A DNA stretch of 64,000 bases from Amoebophrya sp. A120 (taxonomy: Eukaryota; Protista; Dinoflagellata): contig CAJINV010000001.1 in the NCBI GenBank assembly GCA_905178155.1, forward strand, positions 8,215,599 through 8,279,598, given 5' to 3'. This document shows, piece after piece, positions 1 to 12,000 of this stretch. Made by a program: the position numbers and the translations under genes. The first letter of the stretch is position 1, and each line of letters opens with the position of its first letter. The notes under the pieces were generated by a model. That model was not told where the DNA came from. It saw only the letters and a program-made list of their open reading frames with translations, and made no database searches.

Positions 1-3000
1 GCCACCTGGGTTCCGCGAATGCGCTCTCTCGGTTCGCTGCGAGTAGTTTCCGTGCCGGCGGAAGCAGGACCCATGTTGTAGTCATTTGCGTTGCCGGGAA
101 CCACACGAGTCTTGGACTTGCGCCCCGTAGGCTTCGTGGCAGCTACGTACTTTATGGACGAGCCAGCGCTCGTGCGAGTGCTGGTGCCTGGAGACGATCG
201 CAGCTCCGAAGAAGTGCTGTGGACGGATCGTGATCCGTCCCCTTTGTTCTCGTTTTTGTTCTCGGCAAACACTCGCAGGAACGCTTGCACATCAGCCTCA
301 TCCAAGTGCATATTTGACCTTGCGCCGTGGCGTTGGAACAGCTTTCGCTTGTGGTTGTGTAACGGCAGTTGATCCGGCTTATTCGGGATCGCTTGCCTCG
401 CCACACCGGCCGCGGATGAGCGACGCACAGGCCCCGGGGTGCCCTGGTTCGACTTGTTCTCGGCGCTTTCTTGTTCCACTTCACTCTCCTCGTTTACTAT
501 TCCCACCTCCTTCGAAGTTTGCTCGAGGTTCGCCTGCGTCGACGATTGCGTGCTCAGCAGGCTGGTCCCCATAGATCTCATCGTCACACCGCGGACGGCT
601 TCCTCTGCGTTGCGCCACACAAAAAACGCCAATATGTCGGAATAGCTGAGGAAAACCTCACAGGCAACAACTTCATGTCTCTCTGCGTTCAGAATCACTG
701 CGGGATCCAGAAAGTCGCGATCTTCTTCATCGTCCTCTCCGTCGGTACTGCTCCCCCTGAAGGACGCAGTTTCCTCGGATATTCTCTCTCTCTTCTGAAG
801 GCTCGTTGTAGTCATGTGCGCCCGATCCTCTTTGTCGCCTTGATGCTGTTCCCGCCCTGCTCGACGGGGGAACAATGTGACGGTGATCCGCACCCAGATT
901 CCGTTGCGGCCCGGCGCGTCGGCTACGGTGACGACGTCCCCTTTTGTCAACAAAAGCCCGTCCTCACTCGCCGTGGTATCCACCACCAAGCGCTGCACGT
1001 TCACCACAAGCTGGTCGCCCACCGACAGGTAGCTGCGGAGGAAGTTTGTGCGCTCCTGCGGGTTCAGCCGGCTGTCCTCGAATTTGCGTGCGTACATCAT
1101 GTTGAAGGGACTGGTGGGGAAAAAGGCGCTGCTGTTGGCCGCGTGCCAGCAGTTCCACAGCGCGTCCTTGTAGTCGGAAAGCTTCCCCGCGATCAGCTCC
1201 CACTTGGAGAAGTGGCTCTTGCGCAAGCACTCCGACATGAAGTTGCGCTCGACAATGATGGACAGCGTCCGGCTGCGGGGGATTCCGTCGAACCCGTTTA
1301 CGAGCGTGATCATGTAATCCAGGCTATCATATGTAAAAACGTACCCACACCAGAGTCAGGATGGGGATTTTTTTTTTTTTGCCCGGCCCCCAATTTCATC
1401 AATTTCAATTTTCAATTTTCAATGATTGTGTGACGGCGGGAACGGCACCCGCCCGCTGTGCTTAATAATGCGCTCCCACGCGCGAACTTCTTTTTGTCTT
1501 TTGCATCACACATGCAGAAACATTTTCAACCCCCTAAACCAACACCTTTTTTCATCTTCTGCCGCCCTCACGCAACAGGACTACTCCTGAAGCGCGGGAA
1601 CAACCCGAAGGTTGTTTTGCATGACAAGTTCTTGCAGCAGGTGCATGCAGCAGTGGGAGATACAAAATTAATTTCAAAACCCTAAACCCGCACAGCGCAC
1701 TGATCCTAGTTAACGTCTAGAGCCGTAAGCCGCGGCAGACGTCCACCAGGGGAGGTAGAGGGAGGCCAGATCACAGTCTCCGTAGGGCGATAAGTGCAGT
1801 AAGCCGCTGCACTGAAAAATAGTAAAGATAGGGCGAGACCACTGTGTATGGAGATAGTTACCCATAGGGGGCGTTAATCAGGTTCGTGTTTGCGTGGTTA
1901 CTAGGCGCCCCCGAAAGGACGCTTTTCCTTCACGTTACTGCCCCCCGAAATATACGGTCGAACTGGATCACAGATACTAGCCGTAGGGCGCGATCGACCC
2001 GAATCGCATTAATAGAGGCTGCGCGACCTGGCGAAGAACATCATATGACCCATGCCGAGGGACTTCAGTGGAAAAATACTCCGGACGCATGTGCAACCTC
2101 GGCCGATGCAAAACGGGCGACCGCTGTAAAATTTGTGCTCTACGATAAAAATAATTTCTAAGTGGTCTCTATGGGATGGGGGCCGTTGAACCCACGATGC
2201 GCGACGACCGGATGGCTGGGCCCACTGCTGGTCTGGTCGTCGAGAGAAGATCCGCAGAGCAGGTTGGGCAGGAACGGCGGCGAGGAGAGGGTCGGAAAAC
2301 AGTGGGCGCGTTTTTGCCGAATCCCGATGTTGTCGTGAACGGCGACCACAGCAGAAATCGTCACCACCGGTGTAACCGCCACCGGAGAGATGTCGACGAG
2401 TACCGCGAGAGCGCCAAAAAGGTCAAGTAGCTGGCTTGGCTTGTTTGACAGCATGAATCCCGCCCGACCGGCTACTGATCGGGGAGTGTGCGCGACAGCC
2501 CGAATCTCGTATTGCGGCGCGAAAACGATCTCCGCCAAGAGGGTGATCGACGACGGAAGCTGGTCGGCAGTTGGGCCCGATGAAGAAAGGTGGTTCATCA
2601 ACAAGAACTGGCTCGTCCAAAAAACGCCGCAGCGTCGCCGGATCGGATGAAACAGCAATCGGGCCCGATGGTGGCAGGGCAGGAAGAAGGCAACCATCGA
2701 CGGGGAACCGCCATCGTGGCGCATTTTCCAGCACCACCGAATCCAACGCGCATGTAAATAAGCCCTGACAAACAGATGAGCACTCAGAAGAAGTGTCCAA
2801 CCGAAAGGCAGCAGCAGAGGAAAAGCGTGGATTCGGGTCGGGGAAAATCTACACGAGATTGGTTGTGCTGCAGAAATGGAAACACGGCCCTAGCCCAATG
2901 ATAACGGCGTAGTCAAATACAGAAAAAGAGAAAGTCCTACTACAGGGCTGACGCGCATGACAAATTCCAACTTCAGTTTAATCCGCTGACGCGCATGACA

Positions 3001-6000
3001 AGTTTCAACCTCAGTTTATTCCGTGTGAGTGCACATAATTGCGGGGTAGTCAGTTTTAGGCGGAGTAGTGCAGCATGGTGGAGGCGCAGCGTCGAGATGT
3101 ACTGCGACAGCCGGGTATCGTGCGCTGCAACTTCAAGGTCGTTCCGCATCTGTCCAGTCGGCCCTTGTGCAGGTGCATGCCAGACGTAGCTCAAAAGATC
3201 TCCGGCGAGTCGCGAACCCGGCATCTCACCCCCATCGGGAGGTGTAGAAGGCCCACACTATCCTGGACCTGACGACCGAGGGGAGCACACCGCTGCGCAA
3301 CTCACCTCTTCGTAGAAAACTGCGGCGCGCCGCTTCGTAACTGCAGATGATGGGCACCACCGATGGCGTTCTGCCCTTAGACGGGTTGCGCGGGGAAGAT
3401 GCCGAAGGGCAAGAAACCGCTCGGGGGCGGTGGTGGTGATTACTTTCCCAGGACGGTAATCTGGAGGAAGGCCGGGAAACCGATAACCCCCGCGATCGTA
3501 GAGTAGCGTCGGGCACAGCGGCAAAACCATCTGATACTGAATCCAGTGAAGAGCAAGCGCGAAGACCATCTTGTAGTGGGGGCTACTCCTTAGTTTTGAG
3601 ATGCAGAAACTCAAAGCACTTATTTTAGAGCGGGACCAGGCGATGCGTACAGAAACAGAAAAATGAGCCGTTTTCGTCGAAATTTCTTGTGATTTCGGGA
3701 TGAAAAAACTAGCGTAGCATGGGGACAAGGCGTGGCGGTTGGAAAAGTAAAGTACCAGAAAAATGGAGTATACCACCCGTACACAATACTCAACACAGAT
3801 AACCCGACATTTCAAACAATACTAATGTAAAACTAAGGAAAGTAGTAGGGTCATAGACTTAGAAATTAGAAACCTAAGCGGGTCCGGTAGGTACTACAAT
3901 CTAACTGCATCCTTCCGCGCGGGTCGATATTTTCCACCGGGGGCGCCAAAGCAGTCGGGCCGCCACATCCCTAACACCGGGTAGCATCGAGTCATCATGG
4001 TCTTGTCGATGGAGCTTGGAAATGTGTCGGTAGCGGAAAACGTAGTAAACGCCCGGGACGGCGAATCCGCGTAATCGCTGCAGGTCCGCGTTAGCGAGCG
4101 ATGTCCGCGTGAAAATAATCTTACGGAAGCAACAACGACAACACACAAACGAATGAAAGCGCCACAGGTCTCTTCGTCCTCCTGTCACAATCACGTCTCT
4201 TTACATGTCTGACAATCAAACTCATACAAGAACTGGCGGCGTTTATTATCTCAATCACCTCAAATTCACCCTAGGCACACATGACAAACTCGTGCTCAAC
4301 CACACCCGCTCTGCATATCCATGTGCATAGAAGACAACATAAAAAAAAACCCATCTACAACGTCCTGGAGAGGAAGTTTGTATAGGTGGGGTGAACATCA
4401 ATAAATGCGAGGGGCATGGCGAGGCGAGAGCTGGTTTTTGAATTGTGCGCAGCCAAACGATAACAGACACAGTAGCTCATTATCAATTTTTGAACAGGAT
4501 ATCTGCTGAGCAATAACAGAAATCTTTTGAAGCACAAACATGAAGATACATAAACTTTAACCAAATAATCCGCAGCCATGTACATCGTGGCGCTGCTTGA
4601 TGACCAAATCAGGGTGCTCCTGTGCGTGCCGTTAGCCCGACGGGTCCTGGGTATTCGGGGGCGGTATCGATTGGGAGTCACTAGCAACAGCTTGGGACAC
4701 TCCGGCACCGGTGCGCTGCCGCTTCGGGGCAGGGTCGGTCTCGCTCTCCTTGTCATTCCCAGGTGTTTGCGAAGCGAGCTTCTCCATCCCCTCGCGCACC
4801 AGTTTCGCCAGACGGTACTTATGGATTTTGTCTTTGATAGATTTGAGGACCAGCGGCATTTTGAAACTGCGTTTGGGCCACTGGACAAACGCATCTCGCC
4901 CCGCAATCTCGGTAACCGCAGCGGGTACCGTGTATCGATTGGAATCGTCGAGATCGGGGTGTTGGTAAATGTTGACTGCTTTTACTTGCTGCTGGTAGAG
5001 CCACAGCCGCCCGGACCAAGCGGAGCAGGATGACCAAAAATTTCGGTATGTTCCGGTGTTTTTGATCCTCGCGTTCACCTGGACGCCTTCGATCACCAAC
5101 GCGGGCCTGCGCTGGATAACGTCCGTAAGGAGCAACAAATGCTCCATCGAGCTGGAAGCACAGGTCAAAAAACGGAGATCAGCGGCAGTGGCGGGGTCGG
5201 GGATGTCGGCAAAGTCGTAACAATTCACTGCCCAAAGAATTTGCCCCTCGCTATTCAGAGCGACAGCGCCGCTAGTCGCCGGGCAGCGGGTGATCACAAC
5301 GGCGCCCTTGAGGTCCTGCGGCGTGACAGCACCGGCACTGACATGTGGCATCGGGAACAGGCGGTGGAGCTGCGACACTACAGTGTCACTTGGTCCCGGT
5401 GGCGTCGTCACAAGCGGCTGCGCCCCGATAGTAGAGGCCGCGATCTTGTCCTCCAGAACACGATCGGCATAGTGAATAGCATTCACTTTCTGGATATCAG
5501 CAGCACTGAAACCTTGGGGGCCGAAAATAGGCACCTTTGTTGTGATCGTGCTCAAAATGTCGTCTTGACCGGTTAAACACGACCACTTTCCGGAGCAACT
5601 CCGCGCCGTCCGCACAGCAGCCACCCAGGGATCATGAGCATCAAGGACTTGGGAACAAAACGCCAACTTGTACAGTTGGTTGTTGTCCAATTTGTTCAGC
5701 TTAATAAGTTCCGCCACGTGTGAGTTGGCGTAACCGCAAAAATTGAGAACGGAGAGCCCGACCTTGTTCAAAAAGCGCAACCAGTCGACATTTTCGTATA
5801 ACCTGACAGCTACCACTGTTAGGTGCGCGACGGAGGACCCGTAAGCCCACATTCCCACCATGCGGATCAACATGCCGTCAAGAAACTTCGCACACTGGAA
5901 AACGTGTTCTGCTTTTGCGCGCGATAGTCCTAACCGGCTGTGAAGTTGTAGGGCCATCGTTTCCGGTGGTAATCGGTCGACGTTAAACGCACACCCCAGC

Positions 6001-9000
6001 AGTAGCGTGCTGGTCTTGATACGGGGGGCCATTTGGAAGGGGTGGAGGTTTTTGACGACAGTTTCGCGCATTTTTTCCACAAGTTCGCCGTAAGTCTTCG
6101 CCCCCACTGCAGAACGGAGTCTCGGACTACCGAACATGATCTCGAATTTGCCCCCGCCCGCTAGAAAAGTCCCCATTTTCCGAAATTCGATTTGTTCGAA
6201 CTTGGTGATGGTGTCGAAGATAATGCCGACGGTACCACTGGAGACGTCCACGGGCTTGTACCGGAACCCGGTCCCCCGATCGTCCACGCACGTCCCGGTG
6301 GTTGCGGGGGGGGCCTTGCCGGTGGGTGGCACGGAATTTGTTGCAAAGTGGCTGGTCATCGTCACCTTAGATTTAGAACACGACAACTGGCCCGCGGGTT
6401 GGTAGAAGTACTGCGGGTCGACGTCTGTGGACCAGGCGTAATTCTTCCAGGAGTGAGGGTCGGAGTCGTCGGCCTTCGCTTCCGCAAGCAGAACAGCGGC
6501 GGCCCTCGTGGTTCTGGTTTTGCAGAGGCCCCCGGTCTCGGGGCAGTAGCAGCTACACAAGAACCGGTGTAACCGCCGAACCGTGGAAATCGAGAGCAAC
6601 GTGCCCGCAACCATGGTCTCGGTCACCCCCTGCAGCGAATCCGAAAACTTGGACACAAGCGCGTACTCGCGGCCATTGCGTATCAACACTTCTTTATCTT
6701 TGTTGCAAGACAAGAAAAAAAGAAGAGTGCAGGGGTGGGCCCCCGTTAGCCGTAACGAATTCGCGAGACTCACCCAGCTCATTGTGTTGAAGAAGTTGCT
6801 GAAGTCCATGCCGATATAGCACCACATTTCTTCGCTAGATGTCGCCAGATAGTTGTCCAACAGTTTCCACGTCAGAACCGCGAGTGACACACCGGGGCGG
6901 CCACCATGCCCATAAATTGACCAGCACGAACGGTGCTCAGCCAGTCGCATCACCTCCCGTCCGAGTACACCACTGATGACTTTTAAGGCGACACAGGTGC
7001 GAATCACGCCACGGATTTTTTTGATGTCCTGCGGAAGTGAAGTCCCCCCTTTGCCTAACAATTCCATCTGGAGGAACCGCATCTGCTCTGGGACGACTTG
7101 CAAAACATGTCGGGATGGGACGGTCTGGAACTTCAGGAGCATCGTGTTGCAGCTCGCAACAAAGTCCTCAAGGGAGGCGGCGTCTAGAGACTTGTACGCG
7201 GAAGCCCTGACACCGGAAATCCCTTGGGCTTGGGAATTGCAGGTAGCAAGAAAGTCCTTGACTTCTGCAACGGAGATCTGCAAGGGCTTCACACGCTTGG
7301 CAGCTGCGCACAGCTGCTCCTTCATGCGGATGAGCGTGTCCAGCGTGGGTTCGACTTCGAGATGGGCGTGGAGCCGAAGGATGGGACACTTCACAATATG
7401 GCTCTTCCCTACTTCGCAGGCAATCAGCTGCGCGCCGATCAGGAGCCGTTTTCCGGACAAGATGCGGGCTATCTCGCCAATCGGCTTCCCCTTCTGAACT
7501 CCGTCGTAGGAACTTTTCACCTTGGCCTGGATGTCGTAAATCGCATCCTCAATGCGGTGCGTATCAGCTTCCGCACCGTCCGGGTCGAAGTCAGCATTTG
7601 GTCTGTACTCTTTTTCGGCCGTCGCCCAGGTAAGGAAGTCCGAAACGTGGGCCTTCACATCTGGTCGCGCGAGATAGTCGGTGGAGGAGAGTACAGCTAG
7701 ACAGTCTGGGGTTGCCGCTTGGGGGGCCACAGTCCCCGCGCCTGCTTCTGTAGTTTGTTTCGGAGATTTTCGGGACCGCTTCAGCTCCGCTTTTTTCACT
7801 AATCCCGCGTCAACCAAACTTTCCGCCCGCCACATCTCGAACTTCCAGGGGCAATCCTTCGGGGGCAGGATTTTCCTTCGGTAATCCTCCCCGGCCTGCT
7901 GTAATTTTTCCCGGGTGTGGGAGCGGTCGCCCCGGCGTGTAATTATGGTGTAGTTGATTGTTCGTGGGAGAGCTTCCTTCAGGCCGCCAACCGGTTTTAT
8001 TTGGCTGCGCCCGAGATCCGCGTGCGCTGGCATCTGGAAATCATCATATTTCCCGAAAACGTTTTCTGCGGTGATGCAACTGTTGAGGAGTTTTGTCTGA
8101 GCATCGGAAATTCCTTGCGGCTGCGAGTCACTGTCACCGGTTTCAGGGCCGAGCTGGGTGCTAGTAGCTCGGTGGAACGTCTTGATGAGAAGTGCGAGAT
8201 GATCGGTGGTTCGCTCGCGGATGTTCAGATTCAGATTCAGATGCGCTCTCCGGTCTATTTCCGCCGGGGGTTACGCCGTGTACAGCAGGTCGACATCATT
8301 CAATTATTCTAGTCGGGGCGGTGGGCGTTTCCAAAAATGTGAAGAACCCCGCCCGCCCACCTTGTTATTCACATATAAGGAATTGCGCAGGTATACGGCA
8401 TTTTTTCCCGATTTCTTACATTCGTCGCCCGGTCTTGCAGGGCTCTCGCCCTGTTGGCACTTGAGCGGCATGCTGCTGGATGGGGATTTTGCAACACAAA
8501 CCTAGGAGTTTTGTGAGTCACGCATGACAAGTTGCGCTCTGCAGTGTAGTGCAGGTTAGCAAGTGCAACCGCGTCAGAGATTCATCTGCTCATCCTGTTC
8601 ACAGCATCACAAATTCCAAAACACGATTGGAAATGGCTCTCATGGGGATGCGCATTACAAGTCTTCCTGTCTTTGCAAATCTGCATTACAACTCTGGTGT
8701 GGGTACGTTTTTACTCAGGATACAGGCTCTCCTCGCGCAGCTTCAACGAACAGGTCAACCCGGGCGGCGCCACCAGGAGGCACCGGAGCCGATTCTCGGC
8801 GCGGAGCTCCGGGTACTTCTTTGCCAGCAGGAACCCGAGGCAGGCGGCGCACCCAGCGCCGAGCGAGTGCCCCGTGCACACCACCGAGTACGAGCTCGGG
8901 AGCGCGCGGAGGAAGCCTCCACGCTCGAGGCACTTCAGCGCGAAGCGGGCGCAGGACAGAAAGCCTGCATGGACGTACTCGTCCGCGGGCGAGTCGGCGA

Positions 9001-12000
9001 ACAGGCGGGCCGGGGCAATGGCCGCGTCCGAGACCATGTCTTTGGCCGACATGGTGCCGCGAAACCCGATCACCAGGGCGTTGGAGAAGTTGTCCTGGGC
9101 GAAGTAAAACACGGCGCGCTCGCCGCCGCGCGTGTGCGGACTGACGTACAGCAGTTCCACGCCCACCTCCTCGACCGCCAGGCCGTATCCTGAGTAAAAA
9201 CGTACCCACACCAGAGTCAGGATGGGGATTTTGCAACACAAACCTAGGAGTTTTGTGAGTCACGCATGACAAGTTGGACTCTGCAGTGTAGTGCAGGTTA
9301 GCAAGTGCAGCCGCGTCACAGATTCATCTGCTCATCCTGTTCACAGCATCACAAATTCCAAAACACGATTGAAAATGGCTCTCATGGGGAGGCGCGTTAC
9401 AAGTCTTCCTGTCTTTGCAAATCTGCATTACAACTCTGGTGTGGGGACGTTTTTACTCAGGATAGGCCGCCGTCGCTGTTCAGCCGGAGCGTCGGGTCGT
9501 CCTCGGCACTGGCCTCGGACTCCTCATCGAGGTCCCGCAACTTCGCCTCGGTGTTCTTCATTTTCTCCTGTCCGAAGCCCATGCGGAGGGCCCGCGTCTC
9601 CTGGAGCGTCTTCAGCTTGGCCTGCCACTTCGTGCGCTTGGCAGCGCGCACCGCCGCACGCTCGCGCTTCTCCGCCAGCAGCTCCGCCTCCCACGCCTCC
9701 TTCAAGGCCTGGAAAGCGGGAATCTGACGCTCCAGGGGCGACAAATACTCCCAGTCTAAACGCTTTATCGTGAAGGCGGCGCGCGCCCGCGCTAACTCAT
9801 TCGACACGGTTTCCTCCAGGCCTTGCAAGTTATCCACCTTCGCCTTCGTTGTAAAGTCTTCCACCATAGAATTTCTCAGCTCGACCGCGGAAGACGGCTC
9901 CAACTGTTGGCTTGCCCGCCGGACCGGCTGCAAGAATTCCAGCGTAAGAATGGTATCCGGAGTAGAATCACTACGCGTCAAGTTGGCTTTCCCCTTCGCC
10001 TGTTTTTCGATGGTATAAATCGATGCATGTTGTATACAACGTTGGTTTCTCGAAAATGACAAAAAAGAAAGCGGTAGCGGTTTAGGGTTTAGGGTAGCAG
10101 ATGTCTTTTTTTTCTTACATACTGGTAGTTCTTTTTCTTACATACTGGTAGTTGCCGTTGCCATTCCATTGTTCTAAAAGATGATGATGAACTGTAAATA
10201 TGATCCGCGTCAGGAAGAACAACAACGAGGAATTCATCAGTTTTTCTACCTTCGGAGCAGCTTGCTTGTTCCCCTGTTGCAACGCCAAGTCGACGATGTT
10301 TGCAAACGGACTTCCTCTCAAGAGCCGGAAGACGCCGGGCCTTCGGTTTTCGTTTCGTTTCTTTCGCGTTTCGCGGATGGTGTGCAGCAAGCCGGCAGCT
10401 GTTGCGACCGCCACCTTGCCGACACCGTCTTTGCATTCCTGTGCGTAGGAGTGGAATACCACTGGTAGCGGCTTGCCGTCGACGAGTTGTAGCGTATCCC
10501 CGACCAAGATCCCGTGCTGGTCGGCCACGCTGTGCGGTACCACGTTCGTCACCTTCTGCGTGTAGGGATCCCACATCGCACCGAAATTGTCCACCTCACC
10601 TGCGTTGTCGCTCAGAGTCACTTTCAGGAGGCCCCGCGACGCTCGCAGGCGCTGTACTTCCAGATCCTGAGAATGCTCCTGTGCGACCGAGAGCCGTTTT
10701 GTATGCCTGCACAGGCGCAAAACGGTGAAGATGGCCGCAACCCAGCGAATTTTTGGCTTTGAGTAGTCCGACCATTTGCCCAGCTGCTCCGTCAAGTGCT
10801 CGTAATGCACAGCCACGTAGCCGAGGGCGAAGCGGCCCGCCATGACGCGCAGTAACGGCGCCACGAGCGACTTGTCGTCATCCTGCTGCTCGAGCCTCTC
10901 GGTCCAGCTGCGCGAACTGTAGAGGTCTTCCGCGGTTAGCGTAACCAGGTCGGCCGAGCCGACCGCGTGATTCCGGATTACCGTGCCGGCGTCAAAGTCC
11001 TCCAGTTGGTCGGCGTACGTCTGCAGCATCTGCCGCTGCCGGTACTGCAGTAGCTGCATGTAGTCCGTCAGGTCGCGTTCCCAACTCTGCTCCTTTTCCG
11101 TCTTCGAGATTATTCTCACCACCCGAAGTGCCTGGCTTCCGAGTGCCCGACCACCGTGGACAGCGCCGTGCAGATGGTCTGCCCCGGGGAGAGCGCTGGC
11201 GAGGTTGTCGACCGATCGACCGAAACTGGATCTACTTTGCTGTTGTTCTACTACGAGCCCTCGGGACGCGCGCTCAAGCTTTTGTAGCTCCGCCTCCTCG
11301 TCTGCATCCGCATCCCCCGTCAAGCCAACCTCTTGCTGCATTTCGGTCAACACTCCGGGGCGCTTCCTGCGTCGGTTGCGGCAGCAACAGAGCAGATCCG
11401 TGAACCGGTCCCACAACGCAACTTTCCGCGGACCCTGGTAGCCGTAGGCGATCCACGCATAGTTGACGAAGGTGAGCAAAAACAGCATCGGGTCCAGGTC
11501 CTCTTTCAAGTTGATCCGCCGTCCCTTTTCCAAGAACGATCCCGGCAGCGCGCCCGAGAACTCCTTGCCGCGGGCCAGCGCGACCCCGCAGCGGAAGTCT
11601 CCAATCGTGAGCTCTTGTACGCCCAGGAAGCCCATCACGGACCGCTCCACGCGGGAAATATTTTTCCCCGCGACGCGATACAACTCCAGTCCCTTGCGCA
11701 GCATTCGGAACCGGGAGGGTAGCAGCGACCGAAACCGCGACCGCTCCTGCGGCGTGCGCTGCTCCACATCCTCGCGCAAAACCCGCTCCTGGAGCACCCT
11801 CCGAAACGCGTACTCCTCCTTTGGCGACTCGGTGGTGCGGTCACTGAAGCTGGCCAGGACGGCAAAAAGGACAAAGATGGCCCGTTCGATGAAGATCAAG
11901 CCGCTGTGCACCATGATCGCAAACCAACTGTTCGCGACCAGACGCACATCCACTTCGGGGTCGTGGATCACCTGCCGGTAGTCCCCGCCAACCGAGTGGT

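Larger units (their letters stand above)
1372..8477 (-). mobile_element. Non-LTR retrotransposon (LINE-like), probably 5'-truncated
   Basis: The T13 run at 1368-1380 is a poly(A) tail on the minus strand. TSD GGATGGGGATTTT occurs at 1359-1371 and 8478-8490 but only once in the empty sister introner. The element contains an RT ORF. Confidence 0.9.
1325..8722. mobile_element. Introner family A, copy 1, split by a 7.1-kb LINE insertion (7.4-kb non-canonical intron)
   Basis: Left TIR TATCATATGTAAAAACGTACCCACACCAGAGT starts at 1325. Right TIR ACTCTGGTGTGGGTACGTTTTTACTCAGGATA ends at 8722. CAGGC flanks both ends (1320-1324, 8723-8727). 1325-1371 plus 8491-8722 reconstitutes the intact copy at 9186-9464. 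Confidence 0.93.

Noticed and set aside
471-1433. 320-aa plus-strand ORF, and many other plus-strand ORFs such as 46881-48035, 52315-53427 and 61751-63148
   Set aside because: These are antisense shadows of GC-rich minus-strand exons. The real frame at 1-1324 is the lipase continuation.
6469-6480. KADD as the RT catalytic motif
   Set aside because: Spacing to the downstream RT motifs (K-x-EIMF, LLG) fits CVDD at 6279-6290 better.
8271-8306. In-frame TAA codons as evidence of genome-wide stop-codon reassignment (reported for one Amoebophrya strain)
   Set aside because: The long host ORFs, including Gln-rich tracts, contain no internal TAA or TAG and end at normal stops.
8491-9464. Possible LTR pair or CRISPR-like repeat
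   Set aside because: Each copy has its own TIRs and TSD, and the DNA between them is a lipase exon.
10081-10094. (TTTAGGG)2 telomere-like repeat
   Set aside because: Only two units inside an intron; too short to interpret.
10109-10152. 22-bp tandem duplication TTTTTCTTACATACTGGTAGTT
   Set aside because: Simple intronic slippage duplication with no TIR or TSD.
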